From: an uncultured Verrucomicrobiae bacterium
Lineage (GTDB): Bacteria > Verrucomicrobiota > Verrucomicrobiia > Chthoniobacterales > Chthoniobacteraceae
Assembly: GCA_963836755.1 (NCBI GenBank)
Contig: CAWIKF010000002.1
Span: 1,504,001 to 1,568,000 of the forward strand
Length of the DNA stretch: 64,000 nt
Direction: 5' to 3'
Position 1 is the first letter of the stretch, and every line of letters begins with the position of its first letter. The translations under genes were made by a program, and so were the position numbers. Below the pieces are notes generated by a model that saw only the letters and a list, made by a program, of their open reading frames with translations, searched no databases and was not told the DNA's origin. Positions 44,080-55,401 of this stretch are shown one piece after another.

Positions 44080-45126
44080 ATGAAAATCTGCTTCGTCGAA
44101 ACCGAACCGCTCGAGCAGGAATTTTTCTCCGCGCATCTCGACGGCGAAATCATCTTCGCGGACTGCACCGAGGAGATTCCCGCCGACGTGGAGATTCTTT
44201 CCACTTTCATCTACACGAAAATCGACAGCGAGTTTCTCGATGCGCATCCGCAATTGCAGCTCGTCACCACGCGCTCGAGCGGCACCGATCACGTCGATCT
44301 CGCCGAATGCCGGCGGCGTGGCGTCAAAGTCAGCTACGTGTCGAGCTACGGCGAAAACACTGTGGCCGAGCATACCTTCGCGCTCATCCTCGCCCTCTCG
44401 CGCCGCCTGCGCCCCGCGCTCGAGATGCAAAAGCAGGCGCACTTTTCCTTCGAGTCGATCCGCGCCTTTGACCTGCAAGGGAAGACCCTCGGCGTCATCG
44501 GCTCGGGCCGCGTCGGGCTGCGCGTCATCCGCACCGCCAGAACTTTCGAGATGGAAGTCATCGCGAACGACCCGCAGCCGCGCCCCGGGATGGCGGAGAA
44601 ATTCGGCTTCCGCTACGCGCCCCTGGACGAACTCCTCCGCGCCTCGCACATCATCACCCTCCATTGCCCGCTCTCACCCGCCACGCATCACCTGCTCGAC
44701 CGCGAAGCATTCTCAAAATGCAGGCCGGGCGTGCTCATCATCAACACCTCGCGCGGCGCAGTCATCGACACCGCAGCCTTCAATGAGGCGCTCGACAATG
44801 GCATCATCGGCGCCGCCGGGCTCGACGTGCTCGAAGACGAGCGCGTCCTCCAGCAGGAGCATTCAAAAATCATCGGCCAGCAGATCTTCGACAACCTGCA
44901 AAGCCGCAGCCCGCACGAGGCGCACCGGCGGAATCCAGAGCGCGTCCGGGAACTCCAAGTCTTGATGGAAAACAGCCGCCTCCTCGCGCGGCCAAACGTG
45001 GTTTTCACCCCGCACGCCGCCTTCAACAGCATCGAAGCCGTCGAGTGCATCAACCGGATCACATTAGAAAACATCACCAGTTTCCTCGCCGGCAAACCTG
45101 AGAACCTCGTGCCCGGGAGGGAGTAG
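44080..45126 (+). CDS. D-isomer 2-hydroxyacid dehydrogenase (D-LDH-like)
   Basis: TRSSGTDHVD, YGENTVAEH, GSGRVG, INTSRG, TPHAAFN. Confidence 0.9.
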   Translation: MKICFVETEPLEQEFFSAHLDGEIIFADCTEEIPADVEILSTFIYTKIDSEFLDAHPQLQLVTTRSSGTDHVDLAECRRRGVKVSYVSSYGENTVAEHTFALILALSRRLRPALEMQKQAHFSFESIRAFDLQGKTLGVIGSGRVGLRVIRTARTFEMEVIANDPQPRPGMAEKFGFRYAPLDELLRASHIITLHCPLSPATHHLLDREAFSKCRPGVLIINTSRGAVIDTAAFNEALDNGIIGAAGLDVLEDERVLQQEHSKIIGQQIFDNLQSRSPHEAHRRNPERVRELQVLMENSRLLARPNVVFTPHAAFNSIEAVECINRITLENITSFLAGKPENLVPGRE

Positions 45127-45294
45127 GGGCGAAAGGCGGTGGCGCGGGATGAAAACCGTGACTGGATAGAATCGCCTCGATGGAGAGAAAGTGGGCTCCG
45201 ATGGAGACAAAGTTGGCCGTTGGAAGGGCAAAACTGCCCTCAAACCCTGCCAGAAGGCGACTTTTCCCTGTTTTAGCCGGGCAAAGCTCGCTCG

Positions 45295-45588
45295 GGAGCG
45301 AACAAACCGCTCCCGGGAGCGGATTAACCGCTCCTCGGAGCGAACAAACCGCTCTCGGGAGCGGACGAACCGCTCCTCGGAGCGGACGAACCGCGCTTCG
45401 GAGCGAACAAACCGCTCTCGGGAGCGGATGAACCGCGCTTCGGAGTGGATGAGCCGCGCTTCGGAGTGGATGAGCCGGGCTTCGGAGTGGATGAGCCGCG
45501 CTTCGGAGTGGATGAACCGCGCTTCGGAGTGGATGAACCGCGCTTGAGAGTGGGCGAGCCGCGCTCGGGGGCGGATGAACCGCGCTTA
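45295..45588 (+). repeat. Tandem array of 14 x 21-bp units, same family as 24776-25006
   Basis: First unit GGAGCGAACAAACCGCTCCCG identical to first unit of the other array. Confidence 0.92.
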
Positions 45589-45768
45589 CCGTGATGGAGA
45601 GGTTAGTTTCTCGAAAACTCCCAATAGCGCGACGCAAAGCTGGCCGACGGCAGCATTATCCCTTGCCGCGCACAAGAAAGCTTGCATACTGACACCCGCT
45701 GCTTAAGAAAAAAGTGGCAGTGGATGAAAAAGCTGTGTGGATCCTTTCGAGGAGCGGCTTTTGGCGAC

Positions 45769-45841
45769 GGCTGGGTAGCTCAGTTGGCAGAGCAGAGGAC
45801 TGAAAATCCTCGTGTCGGGAGTTCGATTCTCCCCCCAGCCA
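45769..45841 (+). tRNA. tRNA-Phe(GAA)
   Basis: GGCTGGG/CCCAGCC acceptor stem, GAGGA-CTGAAAA-TCCTC anticodon arm, TTCGATT T-loop. Confidence 0.96.
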
Positions 45842-45937
45842 CCTGTTGTTCGAGATGACTCCGCCGGCAGCTGATATTGCTGGCATTTGACGGTGTTTAA
45901 ATGCGCTGCATAGTGCTCCACTTCGTATTTCTTCTGG

Positions 45938-47530
45938 ATGCCCCCCGAGCTTGAAACTTTAACGGACGATACCGCTTATCCCACGCCCGATTTGCTGCTG
46001 TCCGCGATTGTGGATTCGTCGGACGACGCGATCATCAGCAAGAATCTAAACGGGATCGTCACGAGCTGGAACCGGAGCGCGCAGCGCGTCTTTGGCTACA
46101 CCGCGGAGGAGATGGTGGGGCAGCCGATCCTGCGGCTTTTGCCGCCGGAGAATCAAGAGGAGGAAACGCGAATCCTTGCCCGGCTTCGGCGGGGAGAGCG
46201 GGTCGATCATTACGAGACGGTGCGCGTTTGCAAAGATGGCCGCCGCATCGATGTCTCGCTGACGATTTCGCCGATAAGGAACGCCTCGGGTAAAATCATC
46301 GGCGCATCCAAGATCGCGCGCGACATCACCGAGCAGAAGCGCGCAGTCGCCAGGCTGGCGATCGCCAACGAGGAACTCGCCCGCGCGAACCGGTTGAAGG
46401 GGGAATTCATCTCGACGCTTTCCCACGAGCTGCGGACGCCGCTCAATGCGATCCTCGGCTGGATCCAACTTTTAAAAGAAAAACCATCCCCGGACGACGT
46501 GGAACAGGGGCTGATCGTCATCGAGCGCAACGTCCGCGCGCAATCGCAGCTCATCGAGGATCTGCTGGACATGAGCCGCATCGAATCGGGCAAGCTCGCG
46601 CTCGATGTCCAAAGGCTCGACCTGCCCGCAGTGGTGCATGCCGCAATTGAATCGGTGGAGCCGGCCGCACTCGCGAAGTGCATTCGCCTTTCATCCACGT
46701 TCGGCAGCCTCGATGGCAGTGTGATGGCGGACAAGAATCGCCTTCAGCAAATCGTCTGGAACCTGTTGATCAACGCGATCAAATTTACGCCGAAAGGTGG
46801 AAGCGTCCGGGTCACGATTGAACGCGTGCACTCACACGTCGAGATCGCCGTGGCAGACACGGGCGCCGGCATCGCGCCGGAGTTTATCCACCAGATTTTT
46901 GACCGCTTCAGCCAGGGCGATTCTTCGACCACGCGGCGGCACGGCGGGCTCGGTCTGGGGCTTTCGATTGTAAAACATCTCGTCGAGCTGCATGGCGGAA
47001 CCGTGCGTGCCAGCAGTCCCGGTCTTGATCAAGGCGCGACATTTGTCGTTTCGCTGCCGGTGCTGACAGTGGCGGAGTCTGCCGATCGCGGCACGATGCA
47101 GATGCGGAATCAGGCCGCCGATGAACCGGCGTGGAAACGGGAGTTGAACGGCGTCGATTTGCTGTTGGTGGATGATGATGTCGATTCGGCGGCCGTTCTC
47201 CGGCGCATCCTCGAGCGCCGCGGCGCGAAAGTGCGCACCGCCGCTTCCATGGAGGAGGCGCTCGCGTGTTTCAAGGAAGCGATGCCGGACGTGCTCGTCA
47301 GCGACATCGGCATGCCTGAGCACGACGGCTATGAATTGATCGAGCGGATTCGCGCGCTTCCGGATGGCCAGACCGTGCCTGCCGTCGCGCTGACTGCACT
47401 CGCTCGCAGCGAGGACAGGACGCGGGCCGTTCGCGCTGGTTTCCAAATGCACGTCGCGAAGCCGGTCGATGCGTTTGAGCTGATCGCGATCGTTGGGAAC
47501 TTGGCCAGCCTTCGCCCCACGTCGCGCTAG
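45938..47530 (+). CDS. PAS-domain hybrid sensor histidine kinase with receiver
   Basis: AIVDSSDDAII PAS, SHELRTPL, NAIKFT, GGLGLGL, SDIGMP. Confidence 0.94.
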   Translation: MPPELETLTDDTAYPTPDLLLSAIVDSSDDAIISKNLNGIVTSWNRSAQRVFGYTAEEMVGQPILRLLPPENQEEETRILARLRRGERVDHYETVRVCKDGRRIDVSLTISPIRNASGKIIGASKIARDITEQKRAVARLAIANEELARANRLKGEFISTLSHELRTPLNAILGWIQLLKEKPSPDDVEQGLIVIERNVRAQSQLIEDLLDMSRIESGKLALDVQRLDLPAVVHAAIESVEPAALAKCIRLSSTFGSLDGSVMADKNRLQQIVWNLLINAIKFTPKGGSVRVTIERVHSHVEIAVADTGAGIAPEFIHQIFDRFSQGDSSTTRRHGGLGLGLSIVKHLVELHGGTVRASSPGLDQGATFVVSLPVLTVAESADRGTMQMRNQAADEPAWKRELNGVDLLLVDDDVDSAAVLRRILERRGAKVRTAASMEEALACFKEAMPDVLVSDIGMPEHDGYELIERIRALPDGQTVPAVALTALARSEDRTRAVRAGFQMHVAKPVDAFELIAIVGNLASLRPTSR

Positions 47531-47679
47531 CGGTGGATGTTGGCGCGAGGCACTCATCGCGCAACGCTCTTCGCAAAGGTTGAATCAAAACTCGCGAGCA
47601 AGCGAGTTCCGCTGTCTTAATCTCTAACTTTTAAGTTTTAACTTTTAACGTCCACCTCCTAACGTTCCCACGTCTTCCC

Positions 47680-50600
47680 ATGAATCATCGTCAAACTCCG
47701 TCCCGCCGTTTTCCCTTCGTTCTCCTTTGCCTTATATCAATGGCTGCGTCCGCGATTGGCGCGCCCGCGGTTTCAACGCTCTCCTCGGGATGGAAATTGC
47801 AAGATGCGGCAAAAGTTACCGCGACCGCGGAACAAATCTCGCAAGCGACCTTCCAGCCGACCGACTGGCATCCGGCCACCGTTCCGGGCACAATCCTCAC
47901 GTCACTGGTTGACGACAAAGTCTATCCGGAACCGCTTTACGGCGAGAACAACCGGCCCGACAAAATCCCGGAGAGCCTTTGCCGGACTTCGTATTGGTAT
48001 CGCACGACTTTCAACGTGCCAGCGGATTACAAGGGGCGATCGACGTGGCTGAACTTTGCCGGGATCAACTACGCGGCCGAGGTCTGGGTGAATGGCACCA
48101 GCGTCGGCGCGATCAAGGGGGCGTTCGCGCGCGGGATGTTTGACATTACGGCACTCGTGAAGCCGGGCACCGAGGCGACGCTCGCGGTGCTCGTCCATCC
48201 GCAGCCGCATCCGGGCATCCCGATCGAGCACACCATCGCCAACGGGATGGGCAAAAACGGCGGCGCCACGGCGATCGACGGCCCGACGTTTCTCTGCACG
48301 CTCGGCTGGGATTGGATTCCCGGCATTCGCGACCGCGACACGGGCATCTGGCAGAAAGTTTTTCTTTCATCGACGGGGCCGGTGCGGATCGAGGAGCCGC
48401 GCGTGACTTCGGACATCCCATTGCCGCGCCTCGACACGGCGGATCTCACGGTGCAGGTGACTTTGAAGAACACGAGCGATCAGCCGCAGAAGGGAACTTT
48501 CAAGGGGACCATCGGCGAGAAAAGTTCGTCGCGCGATTCTCTTTCGTTTCAAGAGCAGGTCGAAATCCCGCCGCACGGCTCGAAGGTTGTGGTGCTCGAT
48601 CCTTCCACGACTCCGGCGTTGCGCATGAAAGACCCGAAGCTCTGGTGGCCGAATGGCTACGGGCCGCAGAATCTTTACCACGTGCGTCTGTCCTTCGAGA
48701 CCGGCGGCAGCGAATCGGATGAGGCGGCTTTGAAAATCGGCATCCGCAAGATCACTTACGTCGCGAAGGGGAGCGATGATTTGTGTCTCTCGGTGAATGG
48801 CGTGCGCGTCGTGGCGAAGGGCGGCGACTGGGGGCTCGACGAGGCGATGAAGCGCATCCCGCGCGAGCGGCTCGAGGCGCAGATTCGGTATCATCAGCAG
48901 GCGAATTACACGATCATCCGCAATTGGGTCGGCCAGAGCACGGGCGAGGACTTTTACGATCTTTGCGATGAATACGGCATCATGCTGTGGGATGAATTTT
49001 TTCAACCAAACCCCAGCGATGGCCCGAATCCGACCGACCTCGAGACCTATATGGCCAATGCGCGCGAAAAGATCGTCCGCTTTCGCAATCATCCCTCCAT
49101 CGCGATCTGGTGCGGTCGCAACGAGGGCCGTCCGCCGAAGGATATCAACGATGCCTTGACGAAATTGACGGCCGAGCTGGACCCGAACCGGCTGTATCAG
49201 CCGAGTTCGACCGACGGGCACGGCGTGCATTCCGGCGGGCCTTATCATTGGAGAGAGCCGGTGGAGTTTTACCACGTGGATGCGCCGTTCAAGACGGAGA
49301 TCGGCAGCGTGTCGGTGCCGACTTTGGAAGCGGTGCAGGCGATGATGCCGAAAGAAGATTGGGAAACCATCAACGACGATTGGGTCGAGCACGATTTCGG
49401 TAAGGGCGCGCAAAGCGGCGATGTCTATCCGGGCGAACTCAGCCGGCGCTACGGCAAAACCGCGAACCTCGCGGACTTTGTGCGCAAGGCGCAACTGGCA
49501 AATTACGAGGCGTTCCGCGCGATGTATGAAGGGCGCTTCGTGAAACTTTTCACGCCAGTCACAGGAGTCATCACCTGGATGAGCAACCCCGCGCAGCCGA
49601 GCTTTGTCTGGCAGCTTTACAGTTGGGACCTCGAGCCGAACTCGGCGCTGTTCGCGACTCGGAAAGCGTGCGAGCCGGTTCACGTGATGCTCAACGAAAG
49701 CAGCGGACATTTGGCCGTCATCAATAACGAGCCGCAGCCTTTCGACGGCACGGCGTTGGTCGCCCTATATAATATGGATGGCAAAGTGGCTTCGCAGCAC
49801 GACGTGAAAGTCCACGCGGACGGAAGCGCCGCGACCGATCTCGGCCCTGCGGAACCGGATGGCCTCGCGCAGCTGCATTTTGTAAAACTCGAGCTGCACG
49901 ACGCCGCGGGCAAAACTTTGTCGGATAACTTTTACTGGCGCGCCGGCACCGGCCCGGAGGAAAGTCTCGCGGCGCTGCAAAAACTTCCCGTCGTGAAGTT
50001 GGACGTTTCCATGAAACGCCACGACGCGGGCGGAAAAACTTTTCTCGAAGTCGCGCTCCACAATCCCACCGACTCGATCGCGCTGATGGCGCACCTGCAA
50101 TTGCGGCGTCAGGACGGCGAGCGGGTGCTGCCGGTTTATTACTCGGAGAATTACATCTCGATGGTGCCGAAGGAGTCAAAGTCGCTGACCATCGAGGCCG
50201 CGACCGCCGATCTCCGCGGTAAAAGTCCGCTGCTCGTCCTCGACGGCTGGAACATCGACGTCGCGCCGGTCGCATCCGGCGATGAGAATGTCGAGCAAAA
50301 CAAAAACGCGCTCGTCGCGAGCTGGCCCGTGACGGGGCTGCCGATCAAGTGGTTCGCCGGCCCGCTCGATCAGGTCAAAGTTTGCTGCGGCGTTCGCTCG
50401 CAGAGGCCCATGCACACTGGTTTTTCGCAGGATGCTGGCTACGATCTCGGCTCATCCTTGCGCGGGAGTGGCACCGTCACTGACGCAACTGGCGCGCCCG
50501 CGACTCCCCAGGATCTTTACCAGTCCGCTCGCGTCGGCGAATGCACCTACACGTTTCCGATGAAGCCCGCCGCTGCCGGCTACACCGTGCGTCTCGCTTT

Positions 50601-50913
50601 TGCCGAAATCAGCTTTGCTCCAAAGGCCGCCGCGAAGCCATCGTCCTCGCCTTCCGCTGCCGCCTCGCCGACTCCGAAACCGCCGGAACCCGACCTCACC
50701 GGAAAACGCGTCTTCAATGTGGACATCAACGGCCAGCGCGTCCTCACGAATTTCGACATCTTTGCCGCCGCCGGAGGCCGCAACAAAGCCGCGGTGAAAG
50801 AATTCAAGGGAATCCAGCCCGACAAGAACGGAAAGATCGCGATCGAATTTAAAAACGGCGCGAAAGATCAGCCGCTCATCAACGGCATCGAAATCCTGCC
50901 AGCGGGAGAATAG
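47680..50913 (+). CDS. Secreted GH2 glycoside hydrolase (exo-beta-glucosaminidase/beta-mannosidase-like) with C-terminal malectin domain
   Basis: [63 protein letters not shown] malectin signature. Confidence 0.9.
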   Translation: MNHRQTPSRRFPFVLLCLISMAASAIGAPAVSTLSSGWKLQDAAKVTATAEQISQATFQPTDWHPATVPGTILTSLVDDKVYPEPLYGENNRPDKIPESLCRTSYWYRTTFNVPADYKGRSTWLNFAGINYAAEVWVNGTSVGAIKGAFARGMFDITALVKPGTEATLAVLVHPQPHPGIPIEHTIANGMGKNGGATAIDGPTFLCTLGWDWIPGIRDRDTGIWQKVFLSSTGPVRIEEPRVTSDIPLPRLDTADLTVQVTLKNTSDQPQKGTFKGTIGEKSSSRDSLSFQEQVEIPPHGSKVVVLDPSTTPALRMKDPKLWWPNGYGPQNLYHVRLSFETGGSESDEAALKIGIRKITYVAKGSDDLCLSVNGVRVVAKGGDWGLDEAMKRIPRERLEAQIRYHQQANYTIIRNWVGQSTGEDFYDLCDEYGIMLWDEFFQPNPSDGPNPTDLETYMANAREKIVRFRNHPSIAIWCGRNEGRPPKDINDALTKLTAELDPNRLYQPSSTDGHGVHSGGPYHWREPVEFYHVDAPFKTEIGSVSVPTLEAVQAMMPKEDWETINDDWVEHDFGKGAQSGDVYPGELSRRYGKTANLADFVRKAQLANYEAFRAMYEGRFVKLFTPVTGVITWMSNPAQPSFVWQLYSWDLEPNSALFATRKACEPVHVMLNESSGHLAVINNEPQPFDGTALVALYNMDGKVASQHDVKVHADGSAATDLGPAEPDGLAQLHFVKLELHDAAGKTLSDNFYWRAGTGPEESLAALQKLPVVKLDVSMKRHDAGGKTFLEVALHNPTDSIALMAHLQLRRQDGERVLPVYYSENYISMVPKESKSLTIEAATADLRGKSPLLVLDGWNIDVAPVASGDENVEQNKNALVASWPVTGLPIKWFAGPLDQVKVCCGVRSQRPMHTGFSQDAGYDLGSSLRGSGTVTDATGAPATPQDLYQSARVGECTYTFPMKPAAAGYTVRLAFAEISFAPKAAAKPSSSPSAAASPTPKPPEPDLTGKRVFNVDINGQRVLTNFDIFAAAGGRNKAAVKEFKGIQPDKNGKIAIEFKNGAKDQPLINGIEILPAGE

Positions 50914-51022
50914 CAAAAGCTCCGGCGACGTTTCCAACGTGCTGCGTCGTTTGCGCGCGAATGCGCAAAATGGCGAAAAACAAGTTTGCGAAAGATGGGC
51001 ATCTTCCGCATCAATGGACGGC

Positions 51023-51325
51023 ATGCACCTCACGCCGCGCGAGCAGGAAAAGTTGCTGGTCGTCGTGGCGGCCGACCTCGCGCGACGCCGGCAGGCGCGC
51101 GGGCTGAAGCTGAATTATCCCGAGGCCGTCGCGATCATCACGTTTGAAATTTTCGAAGGCGCGCGCGACGGAAAATCGGTGGCCGAGCTGATGAGCTTCG
51201 GCACGACTATTTTGAAAAAAGGCGACGTGATGGAAGGCGTCGCGGAGATGATTCACGAAGTCCAGGCCGAGGCGACTTTCCCCGACGGCACGAAACTCGT
51301 GACCGTTCACAATCCCATCCGATGA
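51023..51325 (+). CDS. ureA: Urease subunit gamma
   Basis: [29 protein letters not shown]. Confidence 0.97.
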   Translation: MHLTPREQEKLLVVVAADLARRRQARGLKLNYPEAVAIITFEIFEGARDGKSVAELMSFGTTILKKGDVMEGVAEMIHEVQAEATFPDGTKLVTVHNPIR

Positions 51326-51630
51326 TCCCCGGCGAAATCATTGTCGCGAGCGCGCCCGATCTCGAAGCGAATGCGGGATTGGAAACAAAGTCGCTCGTAG
51401 TTGCGAACACCGGCGACAGGCCGATTCAAATCGGCAGCCACTTTCATTTTCACGAAGTCAACACGGCGTTAAACTTTGATCGCAGCGCCGCGCGCGGCTT
51501 TCGGCTCAACATCCCCGCTGGCACAGCGGTGCGCTTCGAGCCCGGAGACACGAAGGAAGTCGAGCTCGTCGCGCTCGCGGGTGCGCGGGAAGTTTACGGA
51601 CTCAACAACAAAGTGGACGGCAAATTATGA
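51322..51630 (+). CDS. ureB: Urease subunit beta
   Basis: [29 protein letters not shown]. Confidence 0.97.
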   Translation: MIPGEIIVASAPDLEANAGLETKSLVVANTGDRPIQIGSHFHFHEVNTALNFDRSAARGFRLNIPAGTAVRFEPGDTKEVELVALAGAREVYGLNNKVDGKL

Positions 51631-53348
51631 AAATGACGCGTCGCCAGTATGCGGAGATGTTCGGCCCGACTGTCGGCGACCGCGTGCGGCTCGCAGACAC
51701 GGAACTTTTCATCGAGGTCGAGCGCGACTTGATCGCGGAAAATGGGGGCTACGGAAACGAAGTAAAATTCGGCGGCGGCAAAGTGATCCGCGATGGAATG
51801 GGTCAGTCGCCGCTCGCGACCGATGCCGAATCGCTCGACCTCGTCATCACGAACGCGCTGATTTTGGACGCAGTGCAAGGTGTTATCAAAGCGGATCTCG
51901 GTGTAAAACACGGGCGCATCGTCGGCATCGGCCATGCTGGAAATCCGCTGATCCAGAGCGGTATAACAATGACGATCGGAGCGGCAACGGAAGTCATCGC
52001 GGGCGAAGGTTGCATCGTCACTGCCGGCGGCATTGATTCGCACATCCATTTCATCTGCCCGCAACAAATCGAGCACGCGCTCGCGAGTGGCGTCACGACG
52101 ATGATTGGCGGCGGCACCGGCCCCGCGCACGGAACCTACGCCACGACTTGCACGCCCGGCATCTGGAACATGCACCGGATGCTCGAAGCCGCGGACGAGT
52201 ATCCGATGAACCTCGGATTTTTAGGCAAAGGAAACTGCTCGACGCACGAGCCTTTGCGCGAGCAGGTGCTCGCCGGGGCTGTTGGGCTCAAGCTTCACGA
52301 GGATTGGGGCACGACGCCTGCGGCGATTTCCACCTGTCTCGATGTCGCCGATGAACTCGACGTGCAGGTCGCGATTCACACCGACACTTTGAATGAAAGC
52401 GGCTTCGTCGAGGACACGATCCGCGCATTCAAAGGCCGCACGATTCACACGTATCACAGCGAAGGCGCGGGCGGCGGGCATGCGCCGGACATCATCAAAG
52501 TCTGCGGCGAGGCGAACGTGCTGCCGTCGTCCACGAACCCGACGCGACCTTTCACAGTGAACACAATTGATGAACATCTGGATATGCTCATGGTGTGCCA
52601 TCATCTCGACTCGAAAATTCCCGAGGATGTCGCCTTCGCGGAGTCGCGCATCCGCCCGGAAACCATCGCAGCGGAGGATTTGCTGCACGATCTCGGCGCG
52701 TTCTCGATGATGTCCAGCGACTCGCAGGCGATGGGCCGCATCGGCGAAGTCATCACGCGCACATGGCAGACCGCGCACAAGATGAAAACGCAGTTCGGCA
52801 CGCTGGAATCGAGTGTTCATGCGGCTTCCGACAACTTTCGCGCGCTGCGTTACATCGCGAAATACACGATCAATCCCGCGATCACGCACGGCATCGCGCA
52901 CGAAGTCGGCTCGCTGGAAGTGGGAAAGCTTGCCGATCTCGTCGTCTGGAAACCGGCGTTCTTCGGCGTGAAACCCGAAGTCATTTTGAAAGGCGGACTC
53001 ATCGCAATGGCGAACATGGGCGATCCAAACGCCAGCATCCCGACGCCGCAGCCGACATTCTACCGGCCGCAATTCGCGGCACACGGCCGCGCAAAGTTTT
53101 CCACATCCGTGACGTTCGTAAGCGCCGCATCGCTGCAACACGGATTGCTAAACAAAGTTCAATTTTCGAAACGCGCCGTCGCCGTGAAGAACACGCGCAA
53201 AATCTCGAAGCGCGATCTCCTCTGGAACGACGCGATGCCGCGCATCGACGTCGATCCCGAGACCTACACCGTGAAGGCGGACGGCCGAATCCTCACCTGC
53301 GAACCCGCGACCACGCTGCCGCTCGCGCAGCGTTACTTCCTTTTTTAA
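51627..53348 (+). CDS. ureC: Urease subunit alpha
   Basis: [29 protein letters not shown]. Confidence 0.98.
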   Translation: MKMTRRQYAEMFGPTVGDRVRLADTELFIEVERDLIAENGGYGNEVKFGGGKVIRDGMGQSPLATDAESLDLVITNALILDAVQGVIKADLGVKHGRIVGIGHAGNPLIQSGITMTIGAATEVIAGEGCIVTAGGIDSHIHFICPQQIEHALASGVTTMIGGGTGPAHGTYATTCTPGIWNMHRMLEAADEYPMNLGFLGKGNCSTHEPLREQVLAGAVGLKLHEDWGTTPAAISTCLDVADELDVQVAIHTDTLNESGFVEDTIRAFKGRTIHTYHSEGAGGGHAPDIIKVCGEANVLPSSTNPTRPFTVNTIDEHLDMLMVCHHLDSKIPEDVAFAESRIRPETIAAEDLLHDLGAFSMMSSDSQAMGRIGEVITRTWQTAHKMKTQFGTLESSVHAASDNFRALRYIAKYTINPAITHGIAHEVGSLEVGKLADLVVWKPAFFGVKPEVILKGGLIAMANMGDPNASIPTPQPTFYRPQFAAHGRAKFSTSVTFVSAASLQHGLLNKVQFSKRAVAVKNTRKISKRDLLWNDAMPRIDVDPETYTVKADGRILTCEPATTLPLAQRYFLF

Positions 53349-53351
53349 AAC

Positions 53352-53777
53352 GTGGAAATCATTCGCAAGGAATTGCACAAGCTCCGGCCCGGCTTCGGCG
53401 AAATCCGACTGCGCGCCGACCGGCAAACGCTCGCGAAGCGGCGCTGGCGCGGCGTCGCCGACGATGGGCGCGAGTTCGGGTTCGACCTCGACGAGGCGCT
53501 CGCGGACGGCGCAACTTTTTTCGAGACCGAGGAACATCGCTATCGGATCGCGCAAAATCCGGAGCCGGTGCTCGAGATCAAATTGCACGACCTCGCACAA
53601 GCCGCGCGCACCGGCTGGGCCGTCGGCAATCTCCACTTCGCCGTCGAAGTCGCGGGCGACAGGCTGCGCGTCGCCGACGACACCGCGCTGCGCCAGCTTT
53701 TCGCGCGGGAGGGGCTTGCGTTCGCCGAGACGACGCAGGTTTTTCACCCAACCGGCGCGCCGCCGCATGTTCATTGA
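53352..53777 (+). CDS. ureE: Urease accessory protein E
   Basis: KRRWRG, VGNLHF, terminal HVH; position after ureC. Confidence 0.85.
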   Translation: MEIIRKELHKLRPGFGEIRLRADRQTLAKRRWRGVADDGREFGFDLDEALADGATFFETEEHRYRIAQNPEPVLEIKLHDLAQAARTGWAVGNLHFAVEVAGDRLRVADDTALRQLFAREGLAFAETTQVFHPTGAPPHVH

Positions 53778-54447
53778 CTGGCTGCCGTTTGTTTTACAAA
53801 CGAGCGACCCGCTCTTCCCGACCGGTGCGTATGCGCATTCGCTCGGCCTCGAGGAAATCGTCCGCCTCGGCATCGTGCGCGACGAAGCCACGCTCGCGGC
53901 TTTTTTAAAAAAACAGATCCTTCCCGCGCTCGCGCACCACGAACTCCCGTATCTCCGCTTCGCGCGGCATGCGGCGTCGGAAAGCATCGACGAACTTTGC
54001 GCGATCGACCGCGAAATCAGCGCGTGGAAGATCGCGCGCGAGCTCCGCGACGCCAGTGCGGCCCTCGGCGCGCGCCGATTGAAGATGCTCCTGCAAATCT
54101 CGCCGACAGACGCGATGCGCGCATTTGAAAAACGCCTCATCGCCGGCGAAGCGCGCGGCCATCACCTCGCAGTCTGCGGCCTGCAATTCGCCGCCGTCCC
54201 GCTCGAGGCCGCGCTCGCCGCCTATCTTTACCAAACGCTCGCCGCGCACGGCAGCGCCGCGCTCAAGCTCATCCGAATCGGCCAGGAAGCATGCCAGCGC
54301 GTGTTGAGCGATTGTTTGACAAACGCCAGCGACACCATCGCCCGCTCACTGCGCGTCGAGCGCGACGACGCCGGCTGGTTCAACCCGCTCCTCGACATCG
54401 CCGCCATGCGCCACGAGCGCGCCGGCGAGCGCCTTTTCATCTCCTGA
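53767..54447 (+). CDS. ureF: Urease accessory protein F
   Basis: DPLFPTGAYAHSLGLE, HE...RLFIS. Confidence 0.93.
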   Translation: MFIDWLPFVLQTSDPLFPTGAYAHSLGLEEIVRLGIVRDEATLAAFLKKQILPALAHHELPYLRFARHAASESIDELCAIDREISAWKIARELRDASAALGARRLKMLLQISPTDAMRAFEKRLIAGEARGHHLAVCGLQFAAVPLEAALAAYLYQTLAAHGSAALKLIRIGQEACQRVLSDCLTNASDTIARSLRVERDDAGWFNPLLDIAAMRHERAGERLFIS

Positions 54448-54470
54448 AATCAAAAACCCCGCCGCGCGCG

Positions 54471-54866
54471 TCAGCTTTTCGGCGACTCGTGCAGCCCGAT
54501 GATCGCCCCCTGCGGATCGGCGATGATCGCGATGCGCCCCACCTGCGGAATCTCCTTCGGCGGCAGGCAAACCGTCGCTCCGAGCCGCGTCGCGTGCGCC
54601 ACAGTCGCCTCCACATTTTCCACCACCACGTAATTCGTCCACATCGTCGGCGCGCCCGGCTGCGGCGTCTTCATCACCCCGCCAAACGCGCTCCCGCCGT
54701 GCTTGAACATCGTGTAATCATGCTCCGGCATCGGGAACTTCTCCGTCTCCCAGCCGAAAAGCTCCGTATAAAAAGCGATCGCGCCCGCCGGGTCGCCCGT
54801 CACCAATTCATTCCAGCCGATCTCGCCCGGCTGCATGCAATTCCCGCTGCTCGATTCATTGCTCAT
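54471..54866 (-). CDS. VOC/glyoxalase family protein
   Basis: WNELVT..FYTELFGW, GRIAIIADPQGA. Confidence 0.9.
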   Translation of the reverse strand: MSNESSSGNCMQPGEIGWNELVTGDPAGAIAFYTELFGWETEKFPMPEHDYTMFKHGGSAFGGVMKTPQPGAPTMWTNYVVVENVEATVAHATRLGATVCLPPKEIPQVGRIAIIADPQGAIIGLHESPKS

Positions 54867-55041
54867 AAAAGCGAAATGCCACAGGCCGGCGCGCGCGTCC
54901 AGCCCGTTCTCGGTGCGAAAAAATCGCGCCGCGCGAGATTGCCCATTGACGTGCAGCATGTGAAACAATAGACCACACGCCGTGATGTGGCATGGCGAGG
55001 TCGGCAGCATGATTTCCCGCATGGCGATTCAAACCCGCCCG

Positions 55042-55335
55042 CTCGCCGGCAAAACTTTTTCCATCGGAGCCGTCGCGGATGACGTTGCGCCCATCATTTT
55101 CAAAGTTGCCGCGCGAATGGGCTGCGTTGCCATCGAAACGGACGACGTTGCGGTCAAAACTTTTCACGTTGCCGCCATCATTTTCAAAGTTGCAGTCCTC
55201 ATGCGCAGCGTTGCCACCATGATGCGCAACGTTGCCGCCGTAACCGATGAAATTGCCGCCGAAATTGCCGCCATTGGAGCCGTAATTTTTGACATTGGAA
55301 CGCTAATTTTTGAAGTTGTGACTTTTTATCCAGTC
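55042..55335 (+). repeat. Degenerate 21-bp-period array anchored on (G/A)TTG(C/G)
   Basis: GTTGC at 55084,55105,55126,55147,55168,55189,55210,55231; ATTGC/ATTGG/GTTGT at 55252,55273,55294,55315. Confidence 0.85.
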
Positions 55336-55401
55336 AATAAATCGCTAATCGGTAGTGGTTTACATTAAATCCGCGCCAAAAGCGCAAAAAACACCAAAAA
55401 T

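Noticed and set aside
45938..47530. PAS hybrid kinase or the 61020 receiver as the regulator binding the palindromes
   Set aside because: Neither has a DNA-binding domain and neither is linked to the motif block.
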